A DNA stretch of 57,317 nucleotides, filler included, from Sphacelaria rigidula (taxonomy: Eukaryota): NCBI GenBank assembly GCA_964200075.2. It is 7 parts of 7 records of this genome, joined end to end, with 100 filler letters (N's around TTAATTAATTAA, not from the genome) between each part and the next. Parts side by side here need not be neighbours in the genome. Positions count along the whole stretch, not along the records: positions 32,812 to 40,913 come from CAXNAA020012293.1; positions 41,014 to 49,115 come from CAXNAA020012294.1; 5 more parts are not named here. One strand, written 5' to 3'. A model generated the notes under the pieces. That model did no database searches and was not told where the DNA came from. It saw nothing but the letters and a program-made list of their open reading frames with translations. Made by a program: the position numbers and the translations under genes. Shown here piece after piece: positions 36,690 through 49,065 of the stretch (positions are counted from its first letter, which is position 1; the number at the start of each line of letters is the position of its first letter).

Positions 36690-37507
36690 GTGATGGTAAT
36701 TTCTTGTATCTTGTATATATATTTGTATGTTTTGTATTATATTGTACTTCGTTATTTTCTGTTTCTTTATTTTCCATTTCCGTTTCTATCCCTGGGAATT
36801 GCTAGAAAAGGAAATACGGCTTGTAGTTTTCGGTCACTTTCAGGGTACCGCCGTCATCGAGGTTTCTCAAGTATGGCGAGTCCAGCTGATTTGGTTGTTG
36901 TTTGTAGTCCGTCATCTGCCTAAAAAACGACCACTTCTCGACACTAAGGAACGACGGTAACGGGTTGGTATGCGATATACTTCGTATGGACCTAAGGAGC
37001 ACTTCTGTTGTACCCACTTATCGGTCCTTCACCTATTCCTGTCTGCTGATGATGTGCCTCTTTCAGATTATTGGCCATTGTGTATTGTGTTTTTGAGAGT
37101 GGCAGTGGTGGGGACTCTCTTTCGGGACAATTCTTGGTAAAAGGCAGCCGTGCTGCATCACTCCGAAATCTGCGGCTGTCTGTCGTGAGCACCATCTCCT
37201 GCATGTTTGGTTGCGATTTTCTCGCATTCAATGTGTCAACCGGAAGCAACGCTGCCCGGTTGTAATAAAAAGCATAATATTGGAGATGGAGTTGAACCCA
37301 CGTGACTGTATCGTCGTGATGAAATGTTGCTGACGCCTGTGTCCTCGAGTAGTCAAACCCCACACTGTTGTGCTCTTTGTGGCAATTGCTTTGTTTTTGA
37401 TTACTGTTACGGTCATTGATTTTATTGTGGCAGCACATGAAATGGACCGTGTAATACAGTACCACATCTACGGCCTGATCCACGCTGGGAATATAGTGGT
37501 TGTTTTC

Positions 37508-37574
37508 AGTAGTAGTAGTAGTAGTACTACTACTACACTACTACTGCTACTACTACGACGACGACGACGACGAC
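37508..37574. repeat. Compound microsatellite (AGT)n(ACT)n(ACG)n
   Basis: Directly visible. Confidence 0.9.
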
Positions 37575-38654
37575 TTATTGTTGTTGTAGCAGCGCATTAG
37601 CCCGAGCCGTCGAATCTGTGGTTATATACGTACGCACGCCTCTCCAGTACCGTCACTATTGTGGCCATTCAAGGCTGCCGCACCTCGCGTCTTCAGCCGA
37701 GGCAACACGCAGCTGCGAGCAAGGCAAAGTTGTAGTTCGGGATGAGGAGGATAAGGAGTGGGGAGATGCTTGGCGTGCTCAGTACATAGTATGGGGCATT
37801 ATGAATTAGCCCAGAGATGATATATTTGGATTTGTGTATCCGCAATCAGCGACCATGACGCCAGGTGGCCGTTACCGTCTAAAAAATTGCGAGTTACGTG
37901 TTCTTCTCCATTATAAATGACCTGAGTGCGATTGGGGCGTGCGGCTCTCGCTGCTCAGGCATTCACCCCCCCCCCCCCCCCCATCCCCGTCCCGTAACAT
38001 GCGCATAGAGTATAAGTATTGGCTGTGCAGATAGATCTGCCGGTTTTTATGGTGTCAAATCCTACCGGCAAAAACCAACCCTAGATATCTCGGAACAATT
38101 TTCAAGTGCCGGGTTGGGTGTGTTGATGATTTGGGGTAGGAAACCGAATTCAATTTTTGACCGGCTGAAGGGTAAAGCGCCAATTTTTCAAAGTAGGCGT
38201 TCTATGGGAGTGCCTGATTCACAGGTGACTGGGGCGGAGCCTCCCGTCCCCGAGTTCTACTTGTATACGGCACTAAATGCAGCGGTCAGTACGGAGTAGT
38301 TCAGTACTCGTAGGGAAATCCGCGAATATTTCGTGTGAGGTACGGTTCCCAGGTGTGTGTGTGTGTCGGAGGAACATATGAAAATTGAGACAAGTTTCCC
38401 GAAAAAGGTGTTGTCATGAGGGTTGCTGTTTTGTGCCCTCTGGGTTCAGACCGCCAAACTGGCGTTTGTAGTGTTATTCCAGATGGACGCAAAAGGTAGT
38501 CTTTGACTTGACTCCATGTGTACCCATGAAAACAGAAGGCATATGGAGTTTGACTATATCTGAGCAGTCGTGAAGTAATTCCGCGGTAGCCCCCCTCAGA
38601 AAAGTGCAGTAGGAACCGAGGCAAGATCTACGATTATTTGAGGTGTTCAGTTTA

Positions 38655-38785
38655 CACCTGGGTTCTGAAACCAGCTATCTGTGTTCCTCATAATAATTTT
38701 CAGGACATCATTTCTGAACCCAGCTACATCTGTATTCTCCGTGATGAATTATAGGAAGACCTGGGTTCTGAAACCAGCCATCATC
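38655..38785. repeat. ~52-bp tandem repeat x 2.5 (TTCTGAA.CCAGC core)
   Basis: Directly visible. Confidence 0.65.
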
Positions 38786-39179
38786 TCAATGCGCTGAATG
38801 GTCATTTCTTCGCGACAATTTTTTCGCCTTATTTGGGGGGGGGAGGGGGGAGCGGACAGGGTGCTATCGCGGCATCACTCACTGCATGAATGCTTTGGTC
38901 GTGCAGATATTATCAGTCCCGAGGACTCCGCCATTGTGGCTGCGTTGCATACTCGGAAGCATCAAGTATGTGGCACCTTCACCTCACAAAAACCCGGGAC
39001 TAATTTCACGGGGAATCCATGGCGCTCCGCAAGAAGCCTGCCTCCGTCTGACTCTCGCGGCATCCTGCAGGCTCAAGATGTTGAACTCTACCATATACTT
39101 TTTCTAGGGACCGCCCTTATCTATCTCTCTGCCTTTTGTTTGCACCACGTTCGCGTTCTCTGCATGCCTTCCCTGGCAG

Positions 39180-39380
39180 CTCCCGGCAATCGCCGAGGCA
39201 GTGGGTAAAAGGGTTTTCAAGAGGCACCTGGACCTTTTCCTCGAGCCTCTGTTCAACACGCTCTCGCGCATCACCACCACGCAGTTGGCCCGGCACGCAG
39301 CGGCGTCGTGCGTCCGACAGCTGAGCGTTTTCGTGGGGCCCTCCATCTTCAGCGGACGTCTCAGCGACTCACAGCGACAG
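39180..39380 (+). CDS. HEAT/ARM protein exon: LPAIAEAVGKRVFKRHLDLFLEPLF...GPSIFSGRLSDSQRQ
   Basis: GGCAG acceptor and CAG|GTGATT donor. 201 nt, phase 0/0, amphipathic helices. The gene is incomplete at both ends. Confidence 0.85.
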
Positions 39381-41239
39381 GTGATTGACTGATTTGGTCC
39401 TCTGACTATGATTGTTGTTGTTACTGTTGTTGTGCTTATTGTTGTACGGGTAGTAGTGGTCATGGAACTGGATTATTCACGTGATGGTGGGAACCGTGTG
39501 ACGCTTGTGAGAATGGCTGTCTACTGTATCACCTCTTGTTTCTTGTGCCTGCTTCGCCACAGCCCTGGTGAGTGGAGGAAGGGTCAGCAGTGGGGTTTAC
39601 TACAGTACGTCTAACGCACTTGAGTTGAGTGTGGACATCGATATTTCGATCTTAAGCAGGCTTGACAGTCCCGAGTTCTCTTGGAGTGCGCAGAAGGCGT
39701 TTTTGTCTACATCGGCGCGCCACAGGTGTCGGCTGAAGGTCCGCCAACGAATACTTTGCCTGAGACACCCTTTACATCCTTCTTACTAGAGGGCTCTCGA
39801 TATGCCGTGGGTTGGGATTAGGGTTAGGGTTAGCGAGCCAGTCCACAGCCTTATTCTATGCGGCACAGGTAGTGCCTGTTTGAGTTGTTCCGCATTTGTT
39901 GGTGATGACTGTGATCACTTCCGTGCTTGGTGTGCATGTGCATATGCCATTGAGCACCTGTATAGCGGTGATGTAGGCAGCGACTGTAGCACTGTAACCC
40001 TCTCCGTGTGTTGTCTTGTGCTGACCCGCCGGGGGGAGGCGCGTGTCTGTTTCGCTCTAAGATCAGTCGACCGAACTTTTCTCAAAGTAGTATCGCGCTC
40101 GGAGGATTGATTAACTCCGTGAGTACCAGACCTGTTTTCGGAACAGTATCAACGGCTGACCTCTAACGCTGGTCACCGCGAAGCTAAAGTTTAGCGGCTC
40201 CTTTTTGTTGGTCAGCACCCCAAGGATGAGAAAGCGTGTCTTTCGTAGGTCCCAAACCCTGTCTCATGTTGAATTTGTCAACAGAACGGTTGTTTTTCAC
40301 GAAATTCCGGTGGTTCAGCCAGGAACTATGTATGTAAGGACATCAGCTGCCCAAGGTGTTGGGGGCACTGAGACGACGGCAACTGCAGCGACCGCAGTAA
40401 TGTCCATATGCGTACTCTTATTCCCTTGACCAGTTTATCGTCTTATACCCCCGGTTTAACGGACCGTGGATTTGTCTCTGGGCACCCCCGTAACTCAAGC
40501 GATATCTCTCCCTTTTCTTGAATCGTTTTGCACATGAGTCCGCTCTACAGTAACTCGTGATCAACTCTTGGATATGCCGTCTAACTTGCGAAATATGTGA
40601 GCTTGCTTGTGTAAGGAATACTCGACATGTTTGAATAATTGCAGAGACTGGGGGTGAGCTAGGGTTGTCTCGCTTCTTTGGGGGGCTTTGGAACAAGGGG
40701 AAGACAACACTGAAGAGACCAGCTTTTTTTTGTCAACGTCTGTTGTAGTAACGGGCTGTTCAGGTTAGAGATCTGCCGGTCTGCCAGCTTAATTGCGTCT
40801 ACTTTGAGCGCCCCCTGCGCGTCCCCCCCCCCCCCCCCCCCCCCCCGCCACCAGTTTGCATTAAGCAACAGAACACAATAGAACAAAAGTCAAAAAGGCG
40901 GAAGCGGGGAAGANNNNNNNNNNNNNNNNNNNNNNNNNNNNNNNNNNNNNNNNNNNNTTAATTAATTAANNNNNNNNNNNNNNNNNNNNNNNNNNNNNNN
41001 NNNNNNNNNNNNNCCTCCCCTCCGATCCGTGCGGAACGGCTGGCCCTTCCCAGCTTGGCTCCACCCGTACTCCGGCAACGCAGTCAGCGCCCCCCCCCCC
41101 CCCCCCCCCTTCCTCCACGGAACGCCCGTTCTATGATGGAAAACTGAAACAAAAGACGAAAGCACTGACGCGAAAGCAGCAGCGCCGCGGCGTGAACCCA
41201 TAGGGTCGTTCCACGGCGGAGTGCGGTGTGTGATCTCAC

Positions 41240-41316
41240 CCTCGCAAGGCAGACGGGCAATGGCGTTGTGATAGCCTGTAGCCTCCTAGTGTGGCATGGC
41301 AACACTGAGCAACAAC
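41240..41316 (-). CDS. PTH2: Peptidyl-tRNA hydrolase 2 exon: VVAQCCHATLGGYRLSQRHCPSALR(G)
   Basis: CACAG acceptor and GG|GTGAGA donor. Matches the PTH2 motif IAAQCxHA. Confidence 0.9.
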
Positions 41317-41594
41317 CTGTGCGGTTGTGCGCAGCGTGTGGAATGCGAGGGGCGAACATAATAGCCAGGCGGAGAAGATACACACACACATGAGTGGACA
41401 AAATTAGGCGGCGGTGCTTTGGTTCAATTACATTGCGCTGAAGACGAATGCGCCCTAGTGAAGCAAGGGGACATCGTGTTTCCCCGAGCTACCTGAGCGC
41501 CAGTCTTTTGCGGCAAAAGATAGTTGGTGAGCACTTAGACGAGTGGTTATACACATTTCTATTTTCTTCTGTAAAAGGCAGTCTGCGTGCTCGC

Positions 41595-41781
41595 CTTTCC
41601 TTTGCCCATCTTGAGCTCCATATTTACTATAAGCACGAGTTTGAACGGCCCGTCGTCAATACCCCATGCTCGCGCTCCTCCAGACGCCTTGAGCGCCCTC
41701 TCTTCCTCTTCGAACTCTTCCTCGAAGTCAGCGTCTACGCCTTCCTCTCGTCGACCCTGTGCCTCTGACGTTACTGCTGGC
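41595..41781 (-). CDS. PTH2: Peptidyl-tRNA hydrolase 2 exon: PAVTSEAQGRREEGVDADFEEEFEEE...GPFKLVLIVNMELKMGKGK
   Basis: KLVLIVNMELKMGKGK matches the PTH2 signature K(M/L)VLVVR.DLKMGKGK, preceded by an acidic linker. The 3' boundary requires a GC donor; the 5' acceptor position is tentative. Confidence 0.88.
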
Positions 41782-42378
41782 CTGTCACACGCGGTTTGGT
41801 GCATGGGGAGCACCAGCAACGCCGCTGCTGTGTTCAGCATACTTGTAAGGTAAGTTGCCATCTCGTACATACTTATGATAACCGCCTTATGCAACATTTC
41901 AAGGGTCGAACAAATAATGATTCGTCTGTAAATTACTTGGTTTTAGTATAACCGATTCGATTCGTACGAATCAATCCCCAAGCTTTGTTTTCAGCGTTGC
42001 AACCCAGGTACACGCAGCCCAGACACGTGGGATGGCGCAAAAGTTGCGTGGATATACCCCTTGGACCAGCGGTCATTTTTTTTTTTTTTCCTTTTGGGCA
42101 ATCAGGCCGAAGAAATCGTGGACTTGGTGATTCGTAGTCATGATGATTCGTCCTAACCGTGCAGTATTTACCTCTCGAGCACGTACCCGCGCCGGCTCGT
42201 TTTACTCCACAAGTAGAACTAGTCGTTCAAGTCGACGACACGTAAATCCCAGGGCGTGAAGCACAAACGGATCACGTGTGTGTGTCACCGAGGTGTGATC
42301 GGATGCTGTTACCGTCACCGATCATCCCCCATCACGGCCCACTTGGCGCTATTAATAGCAGGAAACCCATCGCGTTAA

Positions 42379-42476
42379 CCCTTAGACCGCGAGACTAGTC
42401 TTTCTGGATCATGCATACTTTTTTTCACTTGAAATTGATGCCGATTCAACAGAAGACTAACCTCGCCGTCTACGGG
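42379..42476 (+). mobile_element. piggyBac-type 98-bp MITE with intact TTAA target-site duplication
   Basis: TTAA|CCCTTAGAC ... GTCTACGGG|TTAA. Confidence 0.8.
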
Positions 42477-43854
42477 TTAAATGGCACGGACAAAGCTCAT
42501 CATCTGCACCTGTTGGACCCGCCAGCTGAACGGGTCAACATGTCAGGTTATACTGCAGCCGTGGCGTTTGCCATGCTCACCCGCAACTCCACAGGGGTGC
42601 ATACGTTTCAGCACAATATGCCTGTCTCGCTTCTGCGACCGGACTAGAGATCAAGTACAGACGTTCCTCGTGACCTGACCAAAAAACAAGCAGCGAGCCA
42701 ATACCCCCCTCTCCCGGACGAGTCGAAAAACTACCGGTAAGCTTCAGGGGTGAGTGGGTGGGTGGGTGGGGGGGGAGTGATGTTCTTTGATAAGTGTGTT
42801 TGACAACGCCGTGGTACAGTACAGAATGCTGTGTATAGTAGTTTTCATCTGAAATAGGATATTTTCGTAATTTTTTCGTAGACGGCGATTTTCAATGTTT
42901 TTTTCGCGTGCCATCGCTCATCCCAGCGAGCGGTCGGGAGTCGGGAGACACTACGCATCCGCTCCACATTCCGACACAAAAACCGTCTCTGCGGCCAATA
43001 TTGAACGACTTCCGAGTTGAATTGGCAGCGGGTGTTATTGACCGTTTTTGGTCCAAAACACACATTTGTTTTCGGCTCTAGCGCAACGAATATGTTCAAG
43101 AAAAAACCAAGCGCCCGTAAAATCATTCATGAGAGTGATCGGAATTGGTTTACCCCCCTCCTATGCTATGCAGAACTCGGTTGTGAAATGTTCGTTTTTG
43201 GGTACTTTTCTGAATTTTCTCGTGTCGTATCTGTTCTTGGCGCTCAAAATCCCCAGCGTCGATAGGTATTGGAAAGAAAAGTAGGTCGGTCCAGAACGCA
43301 ATCCTCAATTAGTGTTGTCAGCGTGATACGGAGTAAGTACATCGTTCATCAGGGGGGTGTTGTCGATCGTCATTGGTCCAAAATACACAGTTTTGTTTTG
43401 CTCTAGCGCAATAAATACGTTTCTATGTTCACGAAAGCGATTGGGATTGCTTCAATCAAGTAAAAATACTAAAGGGTCAGAACCTGGGCCCGGGTAGTCT
43501 CAGGACCCCCGAAAACCGTTCAACCGGTGAGTGCAACTGTGATCTGATTTCGGAGCGTGGAGGTGATGCCTAGTATCTCCCGATGCCCAACCATTGGGAT
43601 CAAACGTTCACTGGGATGATCGATGACACGCTCAACACTTTCGAATATTTCTGATCACGAGCTGGAGTGTTGCAATCAGCTACGTTATGCGAGGTAATCA
43701 TCTTGTGCTGTTTGTGTTTGTGTCTTGCGTGTCTGTTGTTGTTGTTGTTGTTGTTGTTGTTGTCACTGCTTCCTTTCTTCTTTCTTCTTTCTTTCTGTGA
43801 CTGTTGCTTCTGTCTTTTCCTGTTTTTTTCTTCATTCTTATTCCGTTTTTTTTT

Positions 43855-43938
43855 TGCTGCTCCTGACCACGGGCTGGATTGTTGCAATCAGCTAATGTGA
43901 GATAATAAATCAATCAATCAATTAACCAACCAATCAAT
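43855..43938 (+). repeat. 3' end of a non-LTR retroelement-like repeat with an (ATCA)n tail
   Basis: Shared with 23803-23884. Partial duplicate at ~43655-43685. Confidence 0.6.
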
Positions 43939-44249
43939 CCCCGACAACGAAAAACTATGAAAATCTCCTATCTTAGACAAGATCTCAGATGTGAAGAACT
44001 GTAGTACAGCTGGATGACGACCTGGGAGCCAACGCGGAATTGTTTTCGACTACACAAGTAAATGGAAAGATCTTCGTCATTCTCCTTTACCTGGGATGGT
44101 TCTCTCTGACTCGAGGGGAAATGTATGCTTTGACAAACGTCGGGACCCATCATGTGCACGTTAGCACGACAAGTTTGCTCTCAAAGTGCCCGATACGGCC
44201 GGAGCAATTTTCTGGGCGCCTTCAGCATTTTCCACCACTTTTTCAGAGG

Positions 44250-47200
44250 GTGTTGTGCCCTCGGCTTGAAACTGCTACATGTTAACACAAATCGGGCCTA
44301 ATGTTTCCCAAGAACAGGTTTTTTGCGGACACGAAGCACGAGGTAGCTCTCTGCAACTCGAGGCACTTCCCGAGGAAGCTTGCTCTGCTCGGAACGCAGG
44401 GAGACTTGTATCGGATTTAGTAGTGGCCTGCAGTTTGTTGTTCCCAAACCAACCCAAAATACTAGCCTTCGTTCGTTGGTGTAGAGAGGCGGCCAAAAAG
44501 ATGGATGATTGTGTTCGTGAGCGTTCTTGTCCGTGGGTGTGCACAGATATGCGACTAACAAAGTGGCGTTCGCCCAAAAATCAAACACTAGTGAAATATG
44601 GCAGTTATGATGCAGCCTTCGGCGTCGTCTTTTGTGAATCAGTGCGCTGCTTGCTGTGAACACGTTACCTCACCGTCAGCACAACACTACGCTGCAGCAC
44701 AGTCTGCTCAGTAAATAGTACGGACACCTGCCGCGACATGCAGTCGGTCAGAGGGCATTCTGGTGATGAAACGTAAGATACCGTTGGTATACGAAGTATG
44801 AGTGCATGTACCTTGTATTTGTGATCATATTGAAGGGAATTTTTCAAACTGGATGCCACCGCAAAATTGGAATCACACTTTTGAACCACAAGGCATGCGC
44901 GTTGGAGGTGCTTCCAAGCCTTGACCGTCAATACTCCCGTGTCGCCCATGTTCAGTTGTGTACTGCGAACTGGAAATACTGCCTTCAGGATCGAGGAGGG
45001 GAGGAGATTGGGTTATCATTGGAGGGACGAAAACGGAATTTTTTGCCGGCAGCTCTCGTTTTCTCCTCCGTAGCGCGCCGTGCTGTCGCCTTTTAACGAT
45101 TTTCTCTCCCGTAGCGTGCCGTGGGTGTCGCCCTTTACGAATGAGCCCGGGAGCTCGCGGCAAGAAGAAGAGATAAACAGTTACTTCCCATACGAAAATC
45201 GAGCATTTTCTCTGCCCTATCCTACGGTTTCAGTCCCAAGCTGAATTTATCTCTGGCTTTGAGAGCTTCATCTAACAGTACTCGGGACATGAACAGTCTG
45301 CCTGTGGAATTCGGGATCTGTTCTTGGGAAAACATATCTGGAAGGTTTCCTACCACTCAAATCCAAAATTCAAATAGTCCACCAGAATGCCAGTAGCTTC
45401 CCAGCCGCCTGAACTCTTATTTCATGAGACCCATCACACGTGGGCCACATACATGACTCCGCGTGCTGCTGCTGTTGTGCTATACTGTGTCGCAAATTTG
45501 CTTTGAGTTATGTGTGCCACAACCCACACCGATGACCACACCACAGGAAATTGCTCAGATATAACCTGTACCTTGGTTAGTGTCGTGTGCTTGGACATGC
45601 ACGGCTTGCTCGCACGTTGTTCGCCTCCTTCTTCACAAGGGTTGGGAACGTCACTTTGCATCGCACACGTACATTTTGTCTGTGACTGCGTTTCGTACCG
45701 TGTGGGCAACTGACGGATCCTTGTGTCCTTCGAGGCTTGACTGGGGGTGAGCAACGAGGCTGAGAGCGCTCAACGCTGTCCATAAGAAGCCAGGCCAGTG
45801 TCACTCGTACGGGTTACGATGCACTCTCATTTTTCATCCGTCGGGTGTGACGCACTCATTTCATTTGTTCATCGCGCCAGGAAGAAGCCATGCAGGCCAG
45901 TGTCACCCTGTCCGTTATGATGCGCGCAGTGGTTCATCTGTCGAGTGTGATGCACCCTCTGTTTCTTGTTCATCGCGCGAACTGCAAGGGTTATCCTCTG
46001 AAAGCAGTGAACTCGGCTCCATGCTTGGTGGGTTCGGGAAATTTCGCATCGCATATATGTTCGGCTTCAGAACGTTGTGTTCTATAGGTCATCTGTGTGC
46101 ATGTTCACCGTCAACACAGATCGAATACTGCGACATGCCCGATTGACGTTCTGCTGACAGCTGCCCTCGCGAACAACACGGAAGATGGAGCAGTTTCATC
46201 ACTGCTTTCCTGATGACTTCCTGTGTTGCACTATCCGAAGCAATTTTGGTCAGCGAGTTGACTGAAAGAAACTTCACCGAGATGTCTATGCTAACAAATC
46301 GATGTTTTGTTGACCTTTGTGGGTTAAGCGTTGTCGATCAAAAAGCCGTCCAGACGGCGTAGCGCAATATAGCTGTTGGGAGGGTGTTGTTCGCAAACTT
46401 GCACCAGCCGAATGTTCCTTTGTCTCTCGGAAAACGCCCATTTTTTCCCCCCCTGGTCATATAGTGAAGGCAAATACTTGGCGAAGATTGGCTTTTTGCA
46501 AACAAACGAAAATAAGAGTTGGTGACAGTAGCCGTTGGGACCATGGCGTTTCACGGGACAGGAATCTCAAGGAACAATCGCCAGCCGTCCCGTCCCGACA
46601 CATTGCCAAACTTCCCGCTCCGTCTCGTCATTAGCGTTATTAACGGGAAAAATACCCGTTCCGTCCCGTCCCGACGTCATTTTAGTTTTTCTCGTCCCTG
46701 TGCCCGGCTCATAGGACATACCTAATATTTACCCTCTAAGTATCCTCACAGGATATATTGTGAGCGGGATAGAATTTTCCCGTCAAATCTCTGCGGGATA
46801 TGGTTGAATACAATACAATAGCTACAGCTGTGCCGTAAGTAGCCGGTACAGTGCGACAGCAATCAGGGCTGTACTGTAAGATAAAAAAACTGTCGAAGTA
46901 CCATCATGAGCTGCTGTGCTGGACCCGATCCGTCGCCGAGAAAGAATGCATGGTAGTGTACTGTGCTTGGTGACAAGCTGAGAGATCATTTGCACTTGAA
47001 TCTGTACCGACTTTCATGCTAAAGATGCACACCCGCTTGAACTCGTCAGTTTGTTTGCAATTTGCAGCACTCATTTTCAGTACAGCCCTGAGATAAACCG
47101 TCCTGATCATGAGCAGTGCATGGCGAAAGTCGTTTGACGTGACCAAGAAGCCAACCACCAGCAAGGATTGTGCGCGTTATTTATATTTATGGGGTGTCGG

Positions 47201-47570
47201 CTTCGTCGATATTTACTTGGTTTGTTCCAGTCATAGCGGTGGCTGCTCTTTTGTTTCTTTAATTGAGTCAATTTAAGCGCATATTTTATGTCAATGCTGG
47301 TGCTGGTTGCTTTGTTCGTGCGCCGAAAAATCAACGCCTCTAAGTTTGTTGGAAAACCCTGGTCTCGGGTTTGGTTCGGGGTGTTGATACACTGCCGTGA
47401 AAGATGCGACGGGATCTCAGGGGACAGATTTCGTATTTCCCGCGAGAGCGGCTGGACAGGACGGGCCATCTCGTCCAATCCAGTTCCGTATGAAGTTCAC
47501 AGTACCCGTCTCGTCCCGACAAATTCTGAAACTCCCCGTCCCGTCCAGCCGTCCCATGCAAAGCCCCGGA
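44250..47570 (-). mobile_element. Highly decayed hAT-like DNA transposon
   Basis: TIR-like ends at ~47570 (reverse complement CGGGGCTTTGCATGGGAC) and 46543 (CATGGCGTTTCACGGGAC), with clustered CCGTCCC subterminal repeats. On the - strand, in the expected order, are weak fragments resembling a BED finger (CKQ..VC..GTDSS..L..CH, ~47000), a CxxH-type region (~46180), PTRY (~45700) and the dimerisation domain (PRVAESYL, ~44350). All fragments are degenerate. Confidence 0.4.
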
Positions 47571-48667
47571 TAGAACGCCTTTTCAGCTACCGGTGAGCCA
47601 GAACCCGAACGCGAGACAATTTCAAAGTCTTGTCGGGCAAATGATATATGACAAAGACCCCAAAGTTCTACCAAAACTACATGTGCATGGCCTGGACATA
47701 CTACCCTCCGGCCAACCGAAGGTGGGGGCGAAACACCACCTACCTGGGCGTGCACTAGGACGAAATCAATACCCCCGCTGAACGGCAAGAATGTGGCCAT
47801 GCGGGAACATTGTACTGGTACTCGTACTGTTATTCAAATACCGTAAGCTGACGGGGAATAACACCCCCACGGGTCATCAGTTTTCAAACTCGGCTTTCTT
47901 GCCAAGCACGAGAATCAACTTGGTAGCAATTGAATACAATCGAAATATGTCGACGGGATCATGTCAACTTTACAGCTTTGGGCGGCTTGACTGGCGCAGT
48001 CGTCGAGAACACATACACTGGACGACAAACACATCAAGGGGCGATCAATACGGGCACCTGTTCCGTTGGAATGGAATCTTGGTCACCAACAGAGCTCCCG
48101 CCAAAAAGCTCACAATAGATGTAACTACCAAGTTGAGAGTACTGGCCTCCACGCCGCCCATGTTACCTCAAGCGGCGGGAGCAACCAGAGTTGGTAGGTG
48201 CGGCGGGCAGAGGGTAGCCGCTGAGCTGCGACCAGGTTCAAGAAAGGTCATAATCCAAAAACACTTCTTGTGTCAAATTATGTTATCATCCAATGACATG
48301 CAGGGCCGGCCCACTCATGACAAATTCAAATGTCTTCGTGAGAGATTGGGCCTCAGGTTTTCGAAAAACTAAGAAACTTGCCGAAATAAATTGGGCTGAA
48401 AAGACGGAGCGCGCAATAAGAAATGAAGACGCAGGAAATCGAGCAATATCGTGCAACGAAAGTTCGTAAGAAGAACAAGTTGCGGCGTAATGGCATGTCT
48501 CATGACATTATTTTTCGATCGACTATGTGCGATGGGGACTTGATGGAGAAGGAAATTTCCGATTTCCGATGTCATACTAGGTCGTGATTTCAACTATCGT
48601 CACGGTTTCAACTATCGCCATGTATGTTGAAATCACAACCTATCAGACGGTTTCAAGGTTGTGTTCT

Positions 48668-49065
48668 GTAGGGTACGGTTTTCTGTACACTCGGGGTATT
48701 TTCCCGGGTATTTACCCTACCCGACACTTACATACCGGTACCCGACCTTACTGTAAACTCTGTAAGACTTTCATACCCTTACGCGATGGTTCTGTGAGTT
48801 CTGTAAGTCTGCCGCACCGTTACCAGGAGCACGGGTATGCTCTTGATAAGATACCCGGTTGCGGGTACGGTTTTCTGTGCAGCCTCTATACCCTGCCCGA
48901 CAGTTTCTCTGTGATGTCTGTACATAATGTATGCCCATACCCGGAGCGCGGGTATGCCCTTAACGAAATACTCGATTGCCAATACGGTTTTCTGTAAGCC
49001 TCCCATGCCGTACCCGACAACTTCTGTAATTTCTGTAAGATTTCCAAACCGGTACCCGACAGTTT
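48668..49065. repeat. Transposon-end-like repeat rich in GGGTA/TACCCG motifs, with two ~118-bp units
   Basis: CGGGTATGC.CTT...ATAC.CG.TTGC...TACGGTTTTCTGT at 48832 and 48949. The region starts TAGGG. Confidence 0.55.
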
